A stretch of DNA of 64,000 nt from positions 10,193,433 to 10,257,432 of the forward strand of contig NC_068995.1 in NCBI RefSeq assembly GCF_001194135.2, read 5' to 3'. The first letter of the stretch is position 1, and each line of letters starts with the position of its first letter. Of the stretch, positions 1-13,339 are shown piece after piece. The translations under genes were made by a program, and so were the position numbers. The notes below the pieces were generated by a model. That model did no database searches. It saw only the letters and a list, made by a program, of their open reading frames with translations, and was not told where the DNA came from. This DNA is from Octopus bimaculoides (Eukaryota).

Positions 1-79
1 CTATATATATTTATATATGTATGTATGTACGTCTCTTTATATATAGAGAGAAAGAAAAACAAAGTAAGATATATAGATA

Positions 80-117
<38 letters not shown>

Positions 118-349
118 AATAGATATATATATATAAATTTGTATACCCAGGTAAGTAAATTAATGATAAAATAAATTTAGATTAATTAAAAAAGATATGT
201 CTGTTTAAAATAAAAACATTTACAAAGAACTAGTATCATAAAAATGCATATATATTTAGTTATACTTGCACATACCCAAAAACCTATACATATATACACA
301 AAACATACAAGCGTTGGTACATGCCTACATACAAACAAATACAGGCAAA

Positions 350-395
<46 letters not shown>

Positions 396-886
396 TAATT
401 CATATATAAATATCTACGTACACATATATACACACACATAATGCGTCTCCGAGCGTATTTCTAAATATACGACTTAGCTGTTACAAGCTAGAAAAAGAAA
501 GCGAAAAAGAAAATCAGAAAATTACAAGTCGTGGGAGGAACGAAAAAAGAAGAGAAAGNNNNNNNNNNNNNNNNNNNNNNNNNNNNNNNNNNNNNNNNNN
601 NNNNNNNNNNNNNNNNNNNNNNNNNNNNNNNNNNNNNNNNNNNNNNNNNNNNNNNNNNNNNNNNNNNNNNNNNNNNNNNNNNNNNNNNNNNNNNNNNNNN
701 NNNNNNNNNNNNNNNNNNNNNNNNNNNNNNNNNNNNNNNNNNNNNNNNNNNNNNNNNNNNNNNNNNNNNNNNNNNNNNNNNNNNNNNNNNNNNNNNNNNN
801 NNNNNNNNNNNNNNNNNNNNNNNNNNNNNNNNNNNNNNNNNNNNNNNNNNNNNNNNNNNNNNNNNNNNNNNNNNNNNNNNNNNNNN

Positions 887-939
<53 letters not shown>

Positions 940-1363
940 ACATACATATATTCACTTGAAGATACATATATACACCCTAACGTATATACGTATACAGATA
1001 TATTGAAATCTGTCTGGTGTATTGAATATCAAAATAAGAAAATTGTACAATAAAATAATATAATTAAGTGTAATGTAAATATATAATTTTTTTAGAATAT
1101 ATAGATTTAAAATATATATATGAAAATGAGTAAAAAATTTCACCTCGGCAAAATTAAAATATGGAAACGGATAATGAAAAAAAGTAAAAATTTAACCTCA
1201 GCAAAATTTAAATTTAAATTTGCAAGAAGTCGAATGTAAAATATGAAGGCAATTGTAATACTAAAAGATGTCTATATTTTAAGTGTAAAAGCCAAATTCA
1301 AATGCGGTAGTCAAAAAGATTTTTCGCACATCAAAAACATTAGCCATACAGTATTTTTACAGT

Positions 1364-1800
1364 TCACATTTTAAACCACGTAGCGTGCCTGCAAGAATGT
1401 AAAAGCTCTCGTCTCTGGTTCAATGCATGTTTATCCTGGGACAGGATGAAAACTTTTTCAGAGAGGCACAGATTGCATCTCATAGGTCGTCTGTATGCTC
1501 TATATTTATATGGTGCTACTTTCTTCAAAACTGTCCAGCAAACATTGAAAGGACTGGTATCATTTTCCCTCAATTGCCAGACATGTTCTGCAAGACTTGT
1601 TACTGTCCTATTTTCGGGGTATCGAAAAGAATTTCGGTGAGAATAAGACTTAGTCTTGAAGGAATTTTTCGAAGGTCCTCTATATGTTTTATATTCTTAT
1701 GAGCCATCTAGCTGTACTTTAGCTCTACAAACTATTCCTTTGTCAAGACATTTTCCTTCCAACGGACAGCAACTCTGATCTTTACAATTGCAATTCTTCT
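1364..1800 (-). mobile_element. Penelope-like retroelement remnant, C-terminal GIY-YIG endonuclease (degenerate)
   Basis: Manual translation: KNCNCKDQSCCPLEGKCLDKGIVCRAKVQLDGS*EYKTYRGPSKNSFKTKSYSHRNSFR, continuing into the track ORF ...RCNLCLSEKVFILSQDKHALNQRRELLHSCRH. This fits the PLE pattern CNC..CPL.GKCL / GIVY..YIG / RCNLCL.EK..NKR.EL..CRH. It has one in-frame stop. Confidence 0.85.
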
Positions 1801-1879
1801 GGTTAAAGTCTTCAACAGAGAGGAATAAGGAAAATTAAACAGAGAATAAGAAAAAAACTTGTGGATTTAGCGATCAAGC

Positions 1880-2075
1880 ATGTATTTGTTTATGTGTCTG
1901 TGTTTGTCCCCCTACCATCACTTGACAACCGACATTGGTGTGTTTACGTCTCTGTAACTTAGCGGTTCGGCAAAAGACACCGGTAGCATAAGTACTAGGC
2001 TTACAAAGAATAAGTCCTGGGGCGATTTGTTCGACTAAAGGCTGTGCTCCAGCATGGCCGCAGTGAAATGACTGA

Positions 2076-2080
<5 letters not shown>
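1880..2080 (+). mobile_element. tRNA-derived SINE family 1, 3' half
   Basis: Matches the 3' half of the full copy at 56354-56760 (cttgacaaccga...gcggttcggcaaaag...ggtgctccagcatggccgcag..tgactgaaac). Confidence 0.85.
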
Positions 2081-2106
<26 letters not shown>

Positions 2107-2365
2107 GCATAGACATATATACATAGATTTATGGGATGTGTGTAAATATATATGTAGGTGTATATGTATATACACCTTTGTACACATGTTTGCATGTGTG
2201 TAAGTATGTCTGAATAGCAAGACAGACAAACGGACAAACAGCAGATAGTGATTAATGCAGCGGCGAAGTTTCAAGCTTCGTGTCTACTTCGGCTTCAACA
2301 CGATTAATTATGAACCTCTCATACTTCATTTATACAAGTATCTATGAGTTTATGTGGATGTAAAC

Positions 2366-2414
<49 letters not shown>

Positions 2415-3954
2415 TCTTTGAGTGTGTATGGAAGCATGTGTGGATGTGCGTGTGTGTTCGTGCATTGAATGTGTCTCCTGCACTATGTGAATTTCTCAAT
2501 GAAAGTACTGTCACGGAAAAAAAAATACCCTACAGACAGTCGACTGACTCTAACATCGCCTGTGATCGACTACGTAGAGTACGGAACGAAAGAAAAGCAA
2601 TGTCAGTAATATAGTTAAAACACCCACGCGACCTAAAGTGATTCTGAACGAAAAGCTATTTTAAATTCCTTTTAAATTCGCTCCACACTTTCTCTCTCCC
2701 TCTCTCTGTTTCTTAGCATCTAGTTATATGGATAGGCCCTGGGGAGCCGAAGCGACCTGTTTAGACATGCAATTCGAACTAAATATGTGGATTGACGCTC
2801 GAGTGTGTGTGTGTACGTGTGTGTGTGTACGTGTGTGTGTGTACGTGTGTGTGTGTGTACGTGTGCGCGTGTTATGTATGTGGTAATGCTTCAATATGTT
2901 GAAAAGCTCTCGATCAGCTAAGTGAGTAATGATAATGTTAAACTAAAAGCTATAAATCTTACAATTATAGCTACCCTGAGTTTCCTGGTCAAAACTAATT
3001 CATTTCGCCATCTATCAAGCTATAAGCAAGAGTGTTTGTCCGTTGTCTTTTGAGCAGATAACGTTTAAAACAGGAGACGCTTGTAAAGATGAAGACAGAA
3101 AAGAAAAACACAAGGGCGATAACCAACGTTACCAGAATTCGATGTCAAATAGTAAACTATTAACATCTGGTTTCAGTCTAAGAGTCCGGTCATCTACTTT
3201 TAAATTCCGACAAGATGTCTTTTTGAAATGTGAGAATAAAGAAAAAAATCGCGTTCCTCGAATTTATGTATTCGCTGGAAGTTCCAAAGTGTAATAAAAC
3301 AGTTTTTTCAAGTAAATACACTGAACATTTTTTTTAGATATAGTGTCTGGATTTAGAGATATCTGGTTCACCAGAGCAGCGGGTTTTATATACTTTTTAG
3401 ACTTTTCTTAAAGGGATGACTTGAGAAAGACTAGGGCTCTCTCACTCTCATTGGGTTTACTGTTCTCTATGTCACTAACTTGAGTATTTCTACGTCCCGT
3501 CGCTCATATGCCTGTTAACCTATAGCTAGGACCCTAATAGGTTCTACGACTCCGGACCATAGTAGACTTAGGAACAAGAGGTGATTCCACACTCCCCAAC
3601 ACCCTGGAACTCCTACACGAGAGCCCCACTACCGGGTGCAGTTTAAAATCTTACCTAGGACCCGTTAGACTTAACATAAGACCCCATACTAACCATTTTT
3701 TAACTACAGACCTGTGATTGTTATTCTATTCTGGTAGACCTCCAGAGCCATTCGATGCTTAAAAACCAGTTTTATAGGTACTATTTTCAAAATTTCTGTT
3801 TTCTTCATCTCACATTTACTTGTGTAATTTGAATGATGTAGAAGGTTTGAGAAAGAAAACTGACATTGCAATAAATTCGATTAAAGCAAAATATTCTCAT
3901 GAACCTTTGTAATATTACTATGGATTCCACGTTGATTATTTTGCTTGTGTGGAA

Positions 3955-4410
3955 GACGGCGAGCTGACAGAAACGTTAACACGCCGGACGAAATGCTTAG
4001 CGGTATTTCGCCTGCNNNNNNNNNNNNNNNNNNNNNNNNNNNNNNNNNNNNNNNNNNNNNNNNNNNNNNNNNNNNNNNNNNNNNNNNNNNNNNNNNNNNN
4101 NNNNNNNNNNNNNNNNNNNNNNNNNNNNNNNNNNNNNNNNNNNNNNNNNNNNNNNNNNNNNNNNNNNNNNNNNNNNNNNNNNNNNNNNNNNNNNNNNNNN
4201 NNNNNNNNNNNNNNNNNNNNNNNNNNNNNNNNNNNNNNNNNNNNNNNNNNNNNNNNNNNNNNNNNNNNNNNNNNNNNNNNNNNNGAGGTCGACTTTGCCT
4301 TTCATCCTTTCGGGGTCGATAAATTAAGTACCATTTGCGTACTGTGGTCGATCTAATCGACTGGTCCCCTCCCCAAAAGTTCGGGCCTTGTGCCTAGAGG
4401 AGAAAAGAAT
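3955..4410 (+). mobile_element. tRNA-derived SINE family 2, interrupted by an N-gap
   Basis: Head ggcgagctgacagaaacgttaacacgccgg, core gaggtcgactttgcctttcatcctttcggggtcgataaattaagtacc and tail ggccttgtgcctagaggagaaaag, as in the 14795-15030 copy. Confidence 0.85.
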
Positions 4411-5676
4411 TTTTTGCTTGTGTGGACACAAAAAAATATTACATGGAACCCCCTGAGGCACGTGTGTCACACTGTGTCACATAGATTCTGCCAGGATTAT
4501 GACAAAATTCCATGTGTCTTTGGAATATTCAGCCATTTGAATTCTGAAATGAGAAATAACTAGTTCAGATTATTGAACAACTAAATTCCGCATCGCCGAA
4601 AAAGACGGCAAACATTCTTTATGTATGCATAGGTGTTTTTCTCTTTCTCTCTCTCTCTCTCTCTCTCACTTTCTCTGTATATGTATGTGTGTTAGTTTGT
4701 GAGCGTGTGCATGTTTGCATGTGTGTCCATGCATGTGTGTTCACGCGCGTGAGTTTGAATATGCGTGTGTGCCTGTACAGATAAAAATCATCAATTTCTG
4801 CTTATATGCTTGATTGCCTATGTTTGTGTGCGTATGTGTGTGTGTGTGGATAAACGTCCATATTATATACACACATATATACAAACATATATATACATAT
4901 ACACACATATATACACACACACACACACATATATATACACACACATATATATATACACACACACATATATACACACATATATACACACACACATATGCAT
5001 ATATATGTACACATGCACACATACGGATTTGTAAATACGATTATTGATTTCTACTACAGTTCGATGGACTGTATTTTACAGCATATTTGTCGCAATATCT
5101 CAACAATCGTGTTTCAGAAGTGAAAGTGAAAAAGACATACAGAGAGACACAGAGTAAAAGAGAGATAGAGTAAAAGAAAGAGAGAGAAAGAGAGTGAGTG
5201 AGTGAAAGAAAGAGAGGGAGAGACAGAGAAAGACAGATAAAGAATAACGGAGACAGAGTTGGTGGGAAGCCAGTAACATGATGTAGGAAACGTTGGCTGG
5301 GGGCGAATGAGTTCAATTTTACGATGAATGAAAGGTGTTAACTCAACAAACGCGTTTTTCATGGAGAATTTCACTGGAATTACTGACGTGTTTGTTTGTC
5401 TTTACGTGTTGTTTTATATTTAATTGAGATCTACTGTTACTTTTCACTTATTTTTTAGATGTGTGTATATCGAAAATACGTTGGAGATTTTTATATAGGA
5501 TAATTATTTTAAAAGCCATGTAAAGATTTTTTTAAAGAATATATAAAGTTTTCCTTTTATATATCGTAGTGTAAATTTGTAAATGCAGTTAATGTTTCTT
5601 TTATTACAGATGCCAATGCTATGAAATATAGGGTGTATATTATGTTGTTAGTACATACATATATGTATAAATATAA

Positions 5677-5707
<31 letters not shown>

Positions 5708-6004
5708 CATGCATATATATGTCTATCATTATTATGTATTAAATACATATGATAAACTTCTGGAAAGTTTTACAAATTTTACAGTTCCAGTGATGGCTTG
5801 TATCTGTAGGCCTCGAATCAGTTTTCTCCTTTCTGGTTTTGAGAGGATTAAATTGGATAAGGGGTCCAAAGTAGATCATATATCAGCGTGTGAATATAAT
5901 GATATCATAATGAGATAAAAAAAAACCAAGTCTGTGTATAATATAGAACATTTATAAATGTTCTATATAATACACAGCCTTGATTCTTTATCTCATTACG
6001 ATAT

Positions 6005-6069
<65 letters not shown>

Positions 6070-6318
6070 TGTATATATACTGGGAATGGTATGTAGTTCG
6101 TATTGAAGTTATTTTAGGTAACCTCATATTATTGATTCCAGTTAGTTGAGAGGCAAAATTTGACCTCAGACAAAAGAAAGTCATAATGTAACGACCCTAA
6201 ACAACAGCTGCAAAACATCTAAAGATTCCGGAAGCACCCTGCCCTTCACAACTTGTTTAAAATATGTTTAACACAGTATATGTTGACCACCCCCTAGAGT
6301 AGACAGTATTGAAATGAG

Positions 6319-6364
<46 letters not shown>

Positions 6365-7624
6365 GAAAGCAAGAGACAGAGGAAGGTGGCGTATAATTAT
6401 CTTTCTTAATTCTATATATAGATAATCCATCACCTTTTATTGTTAATACAAAATCAGACCTCACACACATATTATGGCTTTTTAATCTCCTACCACTCAG
6501 CTTTGTGTTACGTCTATCGTATTTTTCTTTTATTAGATTCGAAAGAGAATTACATTCCAAGCAGTATTTATATTGCCGGGGAAATATCATGGTTTGTATA
6601 AATTTATATTGTGTACGACGTGGTCTAAGTTGTGCGGAGGTGTTGGTGAGAATCAAATCAGATACACAACAGTATAAAATGATTATGGAAATATTGGTTT
6701 TGGAAGTAAATATCGAATAGAATATATTTTAACTGTTTTTCCGGAGTCGAATGCAGTGGGAGGGAGACAGGGTAGGGCTCATCATCTCAATTTCTGAGTT
6801 CGCTTCTTTCTTTTCTTATTTAATTCTCTCTCTCTTTCTCTCGATAGATAGATAAATACATAGATAGATATTGATAGATAGATCGATATATAGATAGACA
6901 GATAGATTCACGATTTAAAGTTACAGTCCGTCTACGAAAGACGAAATTAAAAACTGATTTAAGCCTTTGTGTGTGTATATACGTGTGTGTGTTCGTCAAT
7001 GTGTGTGCATGTGTACTTTTGTATATGTAAGTGTATGTATCTTTGCCTATGTGAATGTGTTTGGCATTGTCTTTATTGTTCGTTGTTCATTTTTTTTACA
7101 CATTTAACTTATTGTTCAGTCATATCTTTTATTCGTTTATTTCTCTGTATTTCCTGCTAAATATAACTTTACACAATAATTTGCTATTTGTATCTGATAT
7201 TACTGACCTATGGTAGCTATTTATTCCATAAAAAAAATACATAACTTTCTTTCTAAAAGATTAAAAATAAATTACATGAAGAAGAATTATGAAGCAGTAT
7301 TCGGTGTTTAGAAAATTATGGGGACAAATATTGTTATGCAGATAAACGAATGAGATAATGTTAAATCCGCCACACACTATTTTTGGAAACAAAATAAAAA
7401 CAAAGTAATTATTTCTGAACGACATCGGTAGAAACGTTTTTGTTTTGATCAAGGATTTGCTTGATCAGGGCTGACTGAGAGCTGAACAGAAAAAAAATCA
7501 TCATCATCATCATCATTATAATTATATATCGCATGGTCTACATCGGCCGTTCTCAACAGGGGTTCATAAAGCCCTTGGAGTTCCATATGAGGTTTCGCTG
7601 TTAAAATTTATCTGCAATAAGTTG

Positions 7625-7710
7625 GTTGTGTGGTACGAAGCTTTGCTTACCAACCACATGGTTCTGGGTTCCATCTCACTGCGTGGCACCTGAGAGAAGA
7701 TCGTCGTATA
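7625..7710 (+). mobile_element. SINE family 1, head fragment
   Basis: gtgtggtacgaagctttgcttaccaaccacatggttctgggttccatctcactgcgtggcacc matches the family 1 head. Confidence 0.75.
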
Positions 7711-7717
7711 TATACGC

Positions 7718-7926
7718 TCTTGAAGGGGTTTTAGTCGAACCAATCGGCACTAGTACTTACTTTTTTAAAGTATGCTACTTATTCTGTCGGTCTTTATTTC
7801 CGAACTGCTAGGTTACGGGTATGTAAACACACCAACACCGGTTGTCAAACGGTGGTGTGGGACAAAGACAGACATGAAGCCACACACACGCGCACACACA
7901 CACACACACGCATATACATAGATAAT

Positions 7927-7959
<33 letters not shown>

Positions 7960-8035
7960 CGACGGGCTTCTTTCAGTTTATTCTGTCTACCGAATCCACT
8001 CGGAATGTTTAAGTCGGGCCGAAGCTCTAGCAGAG
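7718..8035 (-). mobile_element. SINE family 1, body (diverged)
   Basis: Reverse complement of the family 1 body, including the internal (CA)/(TA) tract and tacgacgggcttctttcagttt. Confidence 0.8.
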
Positions 8036-8087
8036 TTCAAATGACCAAAGTGCCACGTTTCCTACCTTCATAACGAAAACAAAAATG

Positions 8088-8190
8088 GTTTCAAATTCTA
8101 CCTCGGCAGAATTTGAACTCAGAAAGTAAAGACGGACGAAATGCTGTTAAGCGTTTTTCCTGGCATGCTAATGATTCTGCCAGTCTTAAA
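8088..8190 (-). mobile_element. SINE family 2, 5' fragment
   Basis: cctcggcagaatttgaactcagaaagtaaagacggacgaaatg...gattctgccag is the reverse complement of the family 2 head. Confidence 0.75.
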
Positions 8191-9574
8191 TGATGATAAA
8201 AATACAAGCAGTGCCTCTCATGGCTTCAAATCTTAACTGATTGGAAGTGCTATCATGTACGTGTTTCGAAACTACAGATCCAAGTCATCACTAGAACTGT
8301 GAAAATCTGTAAAACTTCCCAGAAGTTTATCGTTTAAGTACATATGAGCATATTTAGATATGCAAGTTTAAGCATGAGAATATACACAAAAAATAAAACA
8401 TACAAATTTGCTCATATACATACATAAATACATTCAAAAATGCCCTGTTTTAGTTGTTGGAATTCCAACGATGGAGCCTTGAATGTAGATTCGAAACCCA
8501 TTCTTTCTCTATTGGCAAGAAATGACATACATACATATATGCAATTAGTATAACGTCTGCGTATCTTCGCATGTGTCTGTTTCTGTAAACATTTCGCTTT
8601 CCGAATCCAACACATATTTTTTAAATACTTTCACTCTGAACGTAACTCGACTTCCGACGTTATAAAATTACTTTAATAATTCAATTTAGCTTCTATTTTC
8701 AACTTCTAGAGTTTCACACTCAAACTAAAACTATATAAGACACTTGAGCTGTGAGATTTAACAGGAAATTCCACGTGTACAGTTGTAAATATTCTGTCAT
8801 CAAACATCGACCACCGAAATAAATACGCAACGGAAAATATATCGTTGTAATAATATAATGATAAATGTAATATTTTTCTGTTCAGTTTCTTTACACGTCT
8901 AGACATTTTTCACATATATTCAATTATTATTTTCTTTATTTATAAATTCCCAGTTTTGTTATTCCCCTAATTTAATCAAGCAAACTACAAAATAGTAATT
9001 GTATATCTAAAGATTCTCTACTTTTCACGCATCTTTTTTTTTTCTGTCACTGTACCATGTGATTTTCATCGGTTGGACACAATTGTAATTTTTACTCAAA
9101 ATATTTATGTTAATGTTCTCAAATGATGATGTTCACTATATCATTATATTCTATTATATCAGTTATCATTACTATACTAGATGGTGTTATACGTATGAAA
9201 TGTGCGATCTCTTTTGACTAAGTTTGGCCACGTGACACAAAAACTTTCAAAAGTGTACGTTATATACTCTTCGCTTCCGAGAGATTTATGCATATACATA
9301 CATACGTATATATACATACACAAACACACGCGCGCACACACACACATACATACACACACATATATATATATATATATGTATATATAAACCCTGAAACGAA
9401 AAGAAAAAAAACACCGACTGGCCAAAACTATATTTTTAGCTTCATTAATAAAGACGTAATGTGCCTCCAGTCAGCAGTTCTGATTCAGTATAGCTGCCTA
9501 TACTTCCAGTAGTACCAGTAAACGTGAAACGAATGGTAACTTTCTGACCAGCCGTAACCAAAAATATATCACTA

Positions 9575-10435
9575 GACAACATAAAACAAATCTGGATAGA
9601 GTAAGTGCAGTTTTTTTCAACAGTTCAGCTTTATGTTAACATAAAGCTGATCTTCAGCTTTATGTTAACATCCGCTGGGCAGCTAATTTCCACAACTGTA
9701 CATAGTTTCTCTCCTCTATCCCAAATCAGTATATCAGATCTGTTGTGCTAACATTTTATTGAGGTCTTCACGCGGACATTCCACCAGTACTCCTTTTTAT
9801 CATGAGTGGCTATGGCTTCTAACCATATTGTGAGTTCTTATTTTTTTGTCCTCGGGGTTATCCTTCCGACGGATTTCATTATAGAGTTTCCTAGCGACAA
9901 CATCATGTCTCATCGGTAGATAATACCGTGATAATATTCTCGGACGACTACTTATGATGTGGGTGATATCTTCGGTGTTAACTCCACAAAGTCTGCATCG
10001 GTTGTCACACTTTACGGTTTTACCTGCATCTCTATCCCTTTTGTACGTCAGGTACTTGGTTGATATTTCCTGTTCCTGGATTGCAAACGCATAGCCTTCA
10101 AAGTGGAAGTTAGTAATCCGGCTATTCGTCCATGATAAACTGCTTTGATGATCGATGTTACTATCATCACGGAGCTTTCTGGTAACATATCCATGCATAC
10201 AGACTCATCCTTTCATTTGATGATACGTTGCGGTAGAGTCGTGCAATTTCTTAGGGCAGGTATTCTAGGTTACCAGACAAAGAATGTTGTTCAAGCAACC
10301 AATCAAGTAGCCCAAATTTTGGTATGAGTACTGGCACTGCAAACACATTGTGGGCCACCGTTTTATTAAACGCAGAGTTCTGAGGACCAGATTTTCTTTA
10401 TTCGGCTGTAATATTCTTTAGTGACAAGTATTTTG
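9575..10435 (-). mobile_element. R4/Dong-like RLE non-LTR retrotransposon fragment (post-RT region, zinc knuckle, endonuclease), internally deleted
   Basis: Translation shows VTKEYYSRIKKIWSSEL..FNKTVAHNVFAVPVLIPKFGLLDW, then CRLCGVNTEDITHIISSR (degenerate CCHC), RHD, and YWWN...HNRSDILIWDREEKLCTVVEISCP (PD..E nuclease motif). Stops and frameshifts are present. Confidence 0.85.
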
Positions 10436-11109
10436 TTACAGGTGTCATGTATGTATGTATCTATGTATGTATGTAGAGAGAGAGAAAGAAAGAGATATGA
10501 TTGATAGGTATTTGTTTACGGACTTGCCTGCATTATTTTTAAGCAATCTCAAAACAGCTATATTTATATAAGAACTTTCAGTTTCAGACCCTGCTTTCGG
10601 TTTCTCTCTATTTCCGTTCGCGGATCATCTCTTCTGAATGCATCCATCATTATTATTAATCTTGTTTCCTTTTGAAGTCTTGCTAATTCATTTAGTCTCC
10701 AACAGAGAATTTTAGAACTGTAACCTATTACTAGACAGCTAGAATATTGATGCTTTTTTTTACCTTATGTATGCATTTAGCTTTCTCTTATGTAGTAATC
10801 TAATATACGTAGAATATTCCCGTCTTAAACTTTTCTTTCATTTGTATCTGTTGCATTGTGTGTCTGTTTCATGAATTCATTAATTCTCGAGCATATTTAT
10901 TTGCAAGTCTCTCAAGTGTTTAATTTTCTTATCTTTGTTTCTTTATCTAACAAGACATTAATGGTTTTAATTAAATTCTCTCTCTTTACGTTCGTCATGT
11001 CGCATTTTTCAGACGCAATTATTGTTATTATTGTTGTTGTTGTTATTAAGGCTATGAACTGACATAACTGACGAAATGCGTCTCGTTCGTCTTTACATGC
11101 TGAGTTCAA

Positions 11110-11343
11110 TTTCTTATTTCTTTATTGCCCACAAGGGGATAAACATAGAGGAGACACACAAGGACAGACAGAGGGACCAAGTCGATTACATCGACCCCAG
11201 TGCGTAACTGGTACTTAATTTATCGACCCCGAAAGGATGAAAGGCAAAGTCGACCTCGGCGGAATTTGAACTCAGAACGTAACGGCAGACGAAATACAGC
11301 TAAGCGTTTCGCCCGGCGGGGTAACGTTTCTGCCAGCTCGCCG
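11110..11343 (-). mobile_element. SINE family 2, alternative 3' tail (tail b)
   Basis: Family 2 head and core are well preserved. The 3' end reads ...tccccttgtgggcaataaagaaataagaaa instead of the usual ...gcctatagtagaaagg(att)n. Confidence 0.85.
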
Positions 11344-11465
11344 ATGAGTTAAATTTCTACTGAGTCAATGTAATCGACTTAGCCCCTCCCCCGAACTTGC
11401 TGGCTTTGTGCCAAATTTTGAAACCACTATCCTCGTCCTCCTCCTCATTATTATTATTATTATTA

Positions 11466-11695
11466 CGGCGGTGAGCTGGAAGAACCGTTAACACACTGGA
11501 GAAAATTATCAATAGCATAGCCTACAAGTCTTTTTGTTATGAGATCAAATCCCAACAGGGTCTACTTTGTCTTTCATTCTTTTGGGGATCAATAGAATAA
11601 AGTATGAATCAATTACTGGTCTTGAAGTAACCGAGGAGTTGCAATCCTGTAAAATTTCTGGCCTTTTGCCTAAATTTGAAACAATTATCATTGAG
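11466..11695 (+). mobile_element. SINE family 2, old diverged copy
   Basis: ggcggtgagctggaagaaccgttaacac head, degenerate core and cttttgcctaaatttgaaacaattatc tail. Confidence 0.7.
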
Positions 11696-12229
11696 TGGCA
11701 TTTGACCTCTTCGTTCCAGCTCTTTATGTACCGAGTTCAAATCAAGTCGAGGGCAGTTTTCTTTTATACATCCAAGGTGAATAAAATAAAGCACCATTGA
11801 AATAATAGGGTAGATAGCATCGGCTACTCTCCGCCTTTCAAAATAGCAGTCCATGTACCTAAATTAGAATCTATTATTATAATAAAAAAATAGAACGACG
11901 ATGTACTATAATTCACCGTTCTTCGAAAATCAAACAGTTAACGGACAAAATTACGCATGTCTGGTGTCATTGGTTTCCGAAAAGCAATGAACTCCATGTA
12001 AAGGATAGGTAAATATAATATAAATATAAACATCATGCAAAGGATAGATAGATAGTAAAATAAAAATTAGGAAATTATGCCGAACATTTTTGAACACCAA
12101 TAACAACAGCAACAACAATAAAAATAATAGTCGCATATATGCTGCATTAGACCTAAGAAAGAACTTGCTCGGCAAAGCAGAATATAACGTTCCAGTTAAT
12201 TAAATTAGGAAGTAACTGCATTGTTAATA

Positions 12230-12420
12230 AGATGATGATGATGGTGGTGGTAGTGGTGGTGGTGGTAATGATGATGGTGGTAATGATGATGGTGGTAATG
12301 ATGATGGTGGTGGTGGTGGTGGTGATGATAATGAGGGTGACGACGACGACAATGATAATGATGATGGTGATGATGATGATGGTGGTGATGATGATGACGA
12401 TGATGATGGTGGTGGTGGTG
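12230..12420. repeat. Compound (ATG/GTG/ACG)n trinucleotide microsatellite
   Basis: Read directly; it explains the poly-M/V ORF 12232..12438. Confidence 0.95.
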
Positions 12421-12437
12421 ATATTTCTCGGAAAGTG

Positions 12438-12608
12438 AGAAAGTGGAGAAATGTCAGGAGCTGAAGTGGAAAATCAGGAAACTATAGAGAATCAGGCGCA
12501 TGGAAGTTGCACTGATTTTGGTTGACGCTCTGGGAGCAATTAGTAAAATGTCGAATGCAAGGCTTGAGAAGCTAGGCATTAACATCGAAATGGGGCTGTT
12601 GCAGAAAG
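12438..12608 (+). mobile_element. R4/Dong-like LINE C-terminal fragment (subfamily A)
   Basis: Translation: EKVEKCQELKWKIRKL*RIRRMEVALILVDALGAISKMSNARLEKLGINIEMGLLQK. Confidence 0.7.
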
Positions 12609-12611
12609 GTA

Positions 12612-12945
12612 TGCGATAAGGAAGAAAGAAAAGTTGAGAGATATGACAAGTTAACTTGGGAAGTTAAGCAGTTGTGGTCGATGAAAAAGGTGGTAGTGGT
12701 ACCAATAATTATCAGAACCCTGGGAACAATGAGCAAAAATCTCGAGAGGTACGTGGAACAAATAGGGGCTGCAATAAGTGGTGGAGCACTTGCAGAAAAC
12801 AGCACTGCTTGGAACCGCACGAATACTCCGGAAGGTGCTCGAAAAATAAGAGGTGTTACCTTAGTTCACTGGTAGTGAACAGCTGACACTGTAGTACATC
12901 TCCGGCGATAGAAGCTATGCAAAGGCAATAATAATAATAATAACG
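12612..12945 (+). mobile_element. R4/Dong-like LINE 3' end (subfamily B) with (AAT)n tail
   Basis: Translation: DKEERKVERYDKLTWEVKQLWSMKKVVVVPIIIRTLGTMSKNLERYVEQIG..LQKTALLGTARILRKVLEK*, then a short 3' UTR ending gcaaaggc(aat)n. Same family as 40781-41575. Confidence 0.88.
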
Positions 12946-13339
12946 ATTATGATGACGAGGGTGATGGCTTGAAACAGCAAGTTAGTGGAGAGGATATTAT
13001 GAATGCAGTTATTACATACACCAATATTAACTCTTTGCGTAATTCAATTTCATGTTCGTTTTGTAGCGATGTTAATTATCTATCAAAAAACAGAATTGAT
13101 ATTTTCTGCTTCTGCAATACTTTTCTCAATATCTCCTGTATCAATAGGAGATATTTTATATACATTTTAAGTATTTCATTCTTGCTCTTTAAAGAGATAT
13201 TTGGTGCAAAACGTGAAGAAAAAAAATTAAGAAAATCTGGAAAGTTGTCTTTTGTAAAAAGTGTTACTGGGGGTGTCCCTGCTTGCCGAATCTTAAGAGT
13301 ATTTTTGTTTTATTTTTCGTTTTTTTTTTTGTATTTTGT

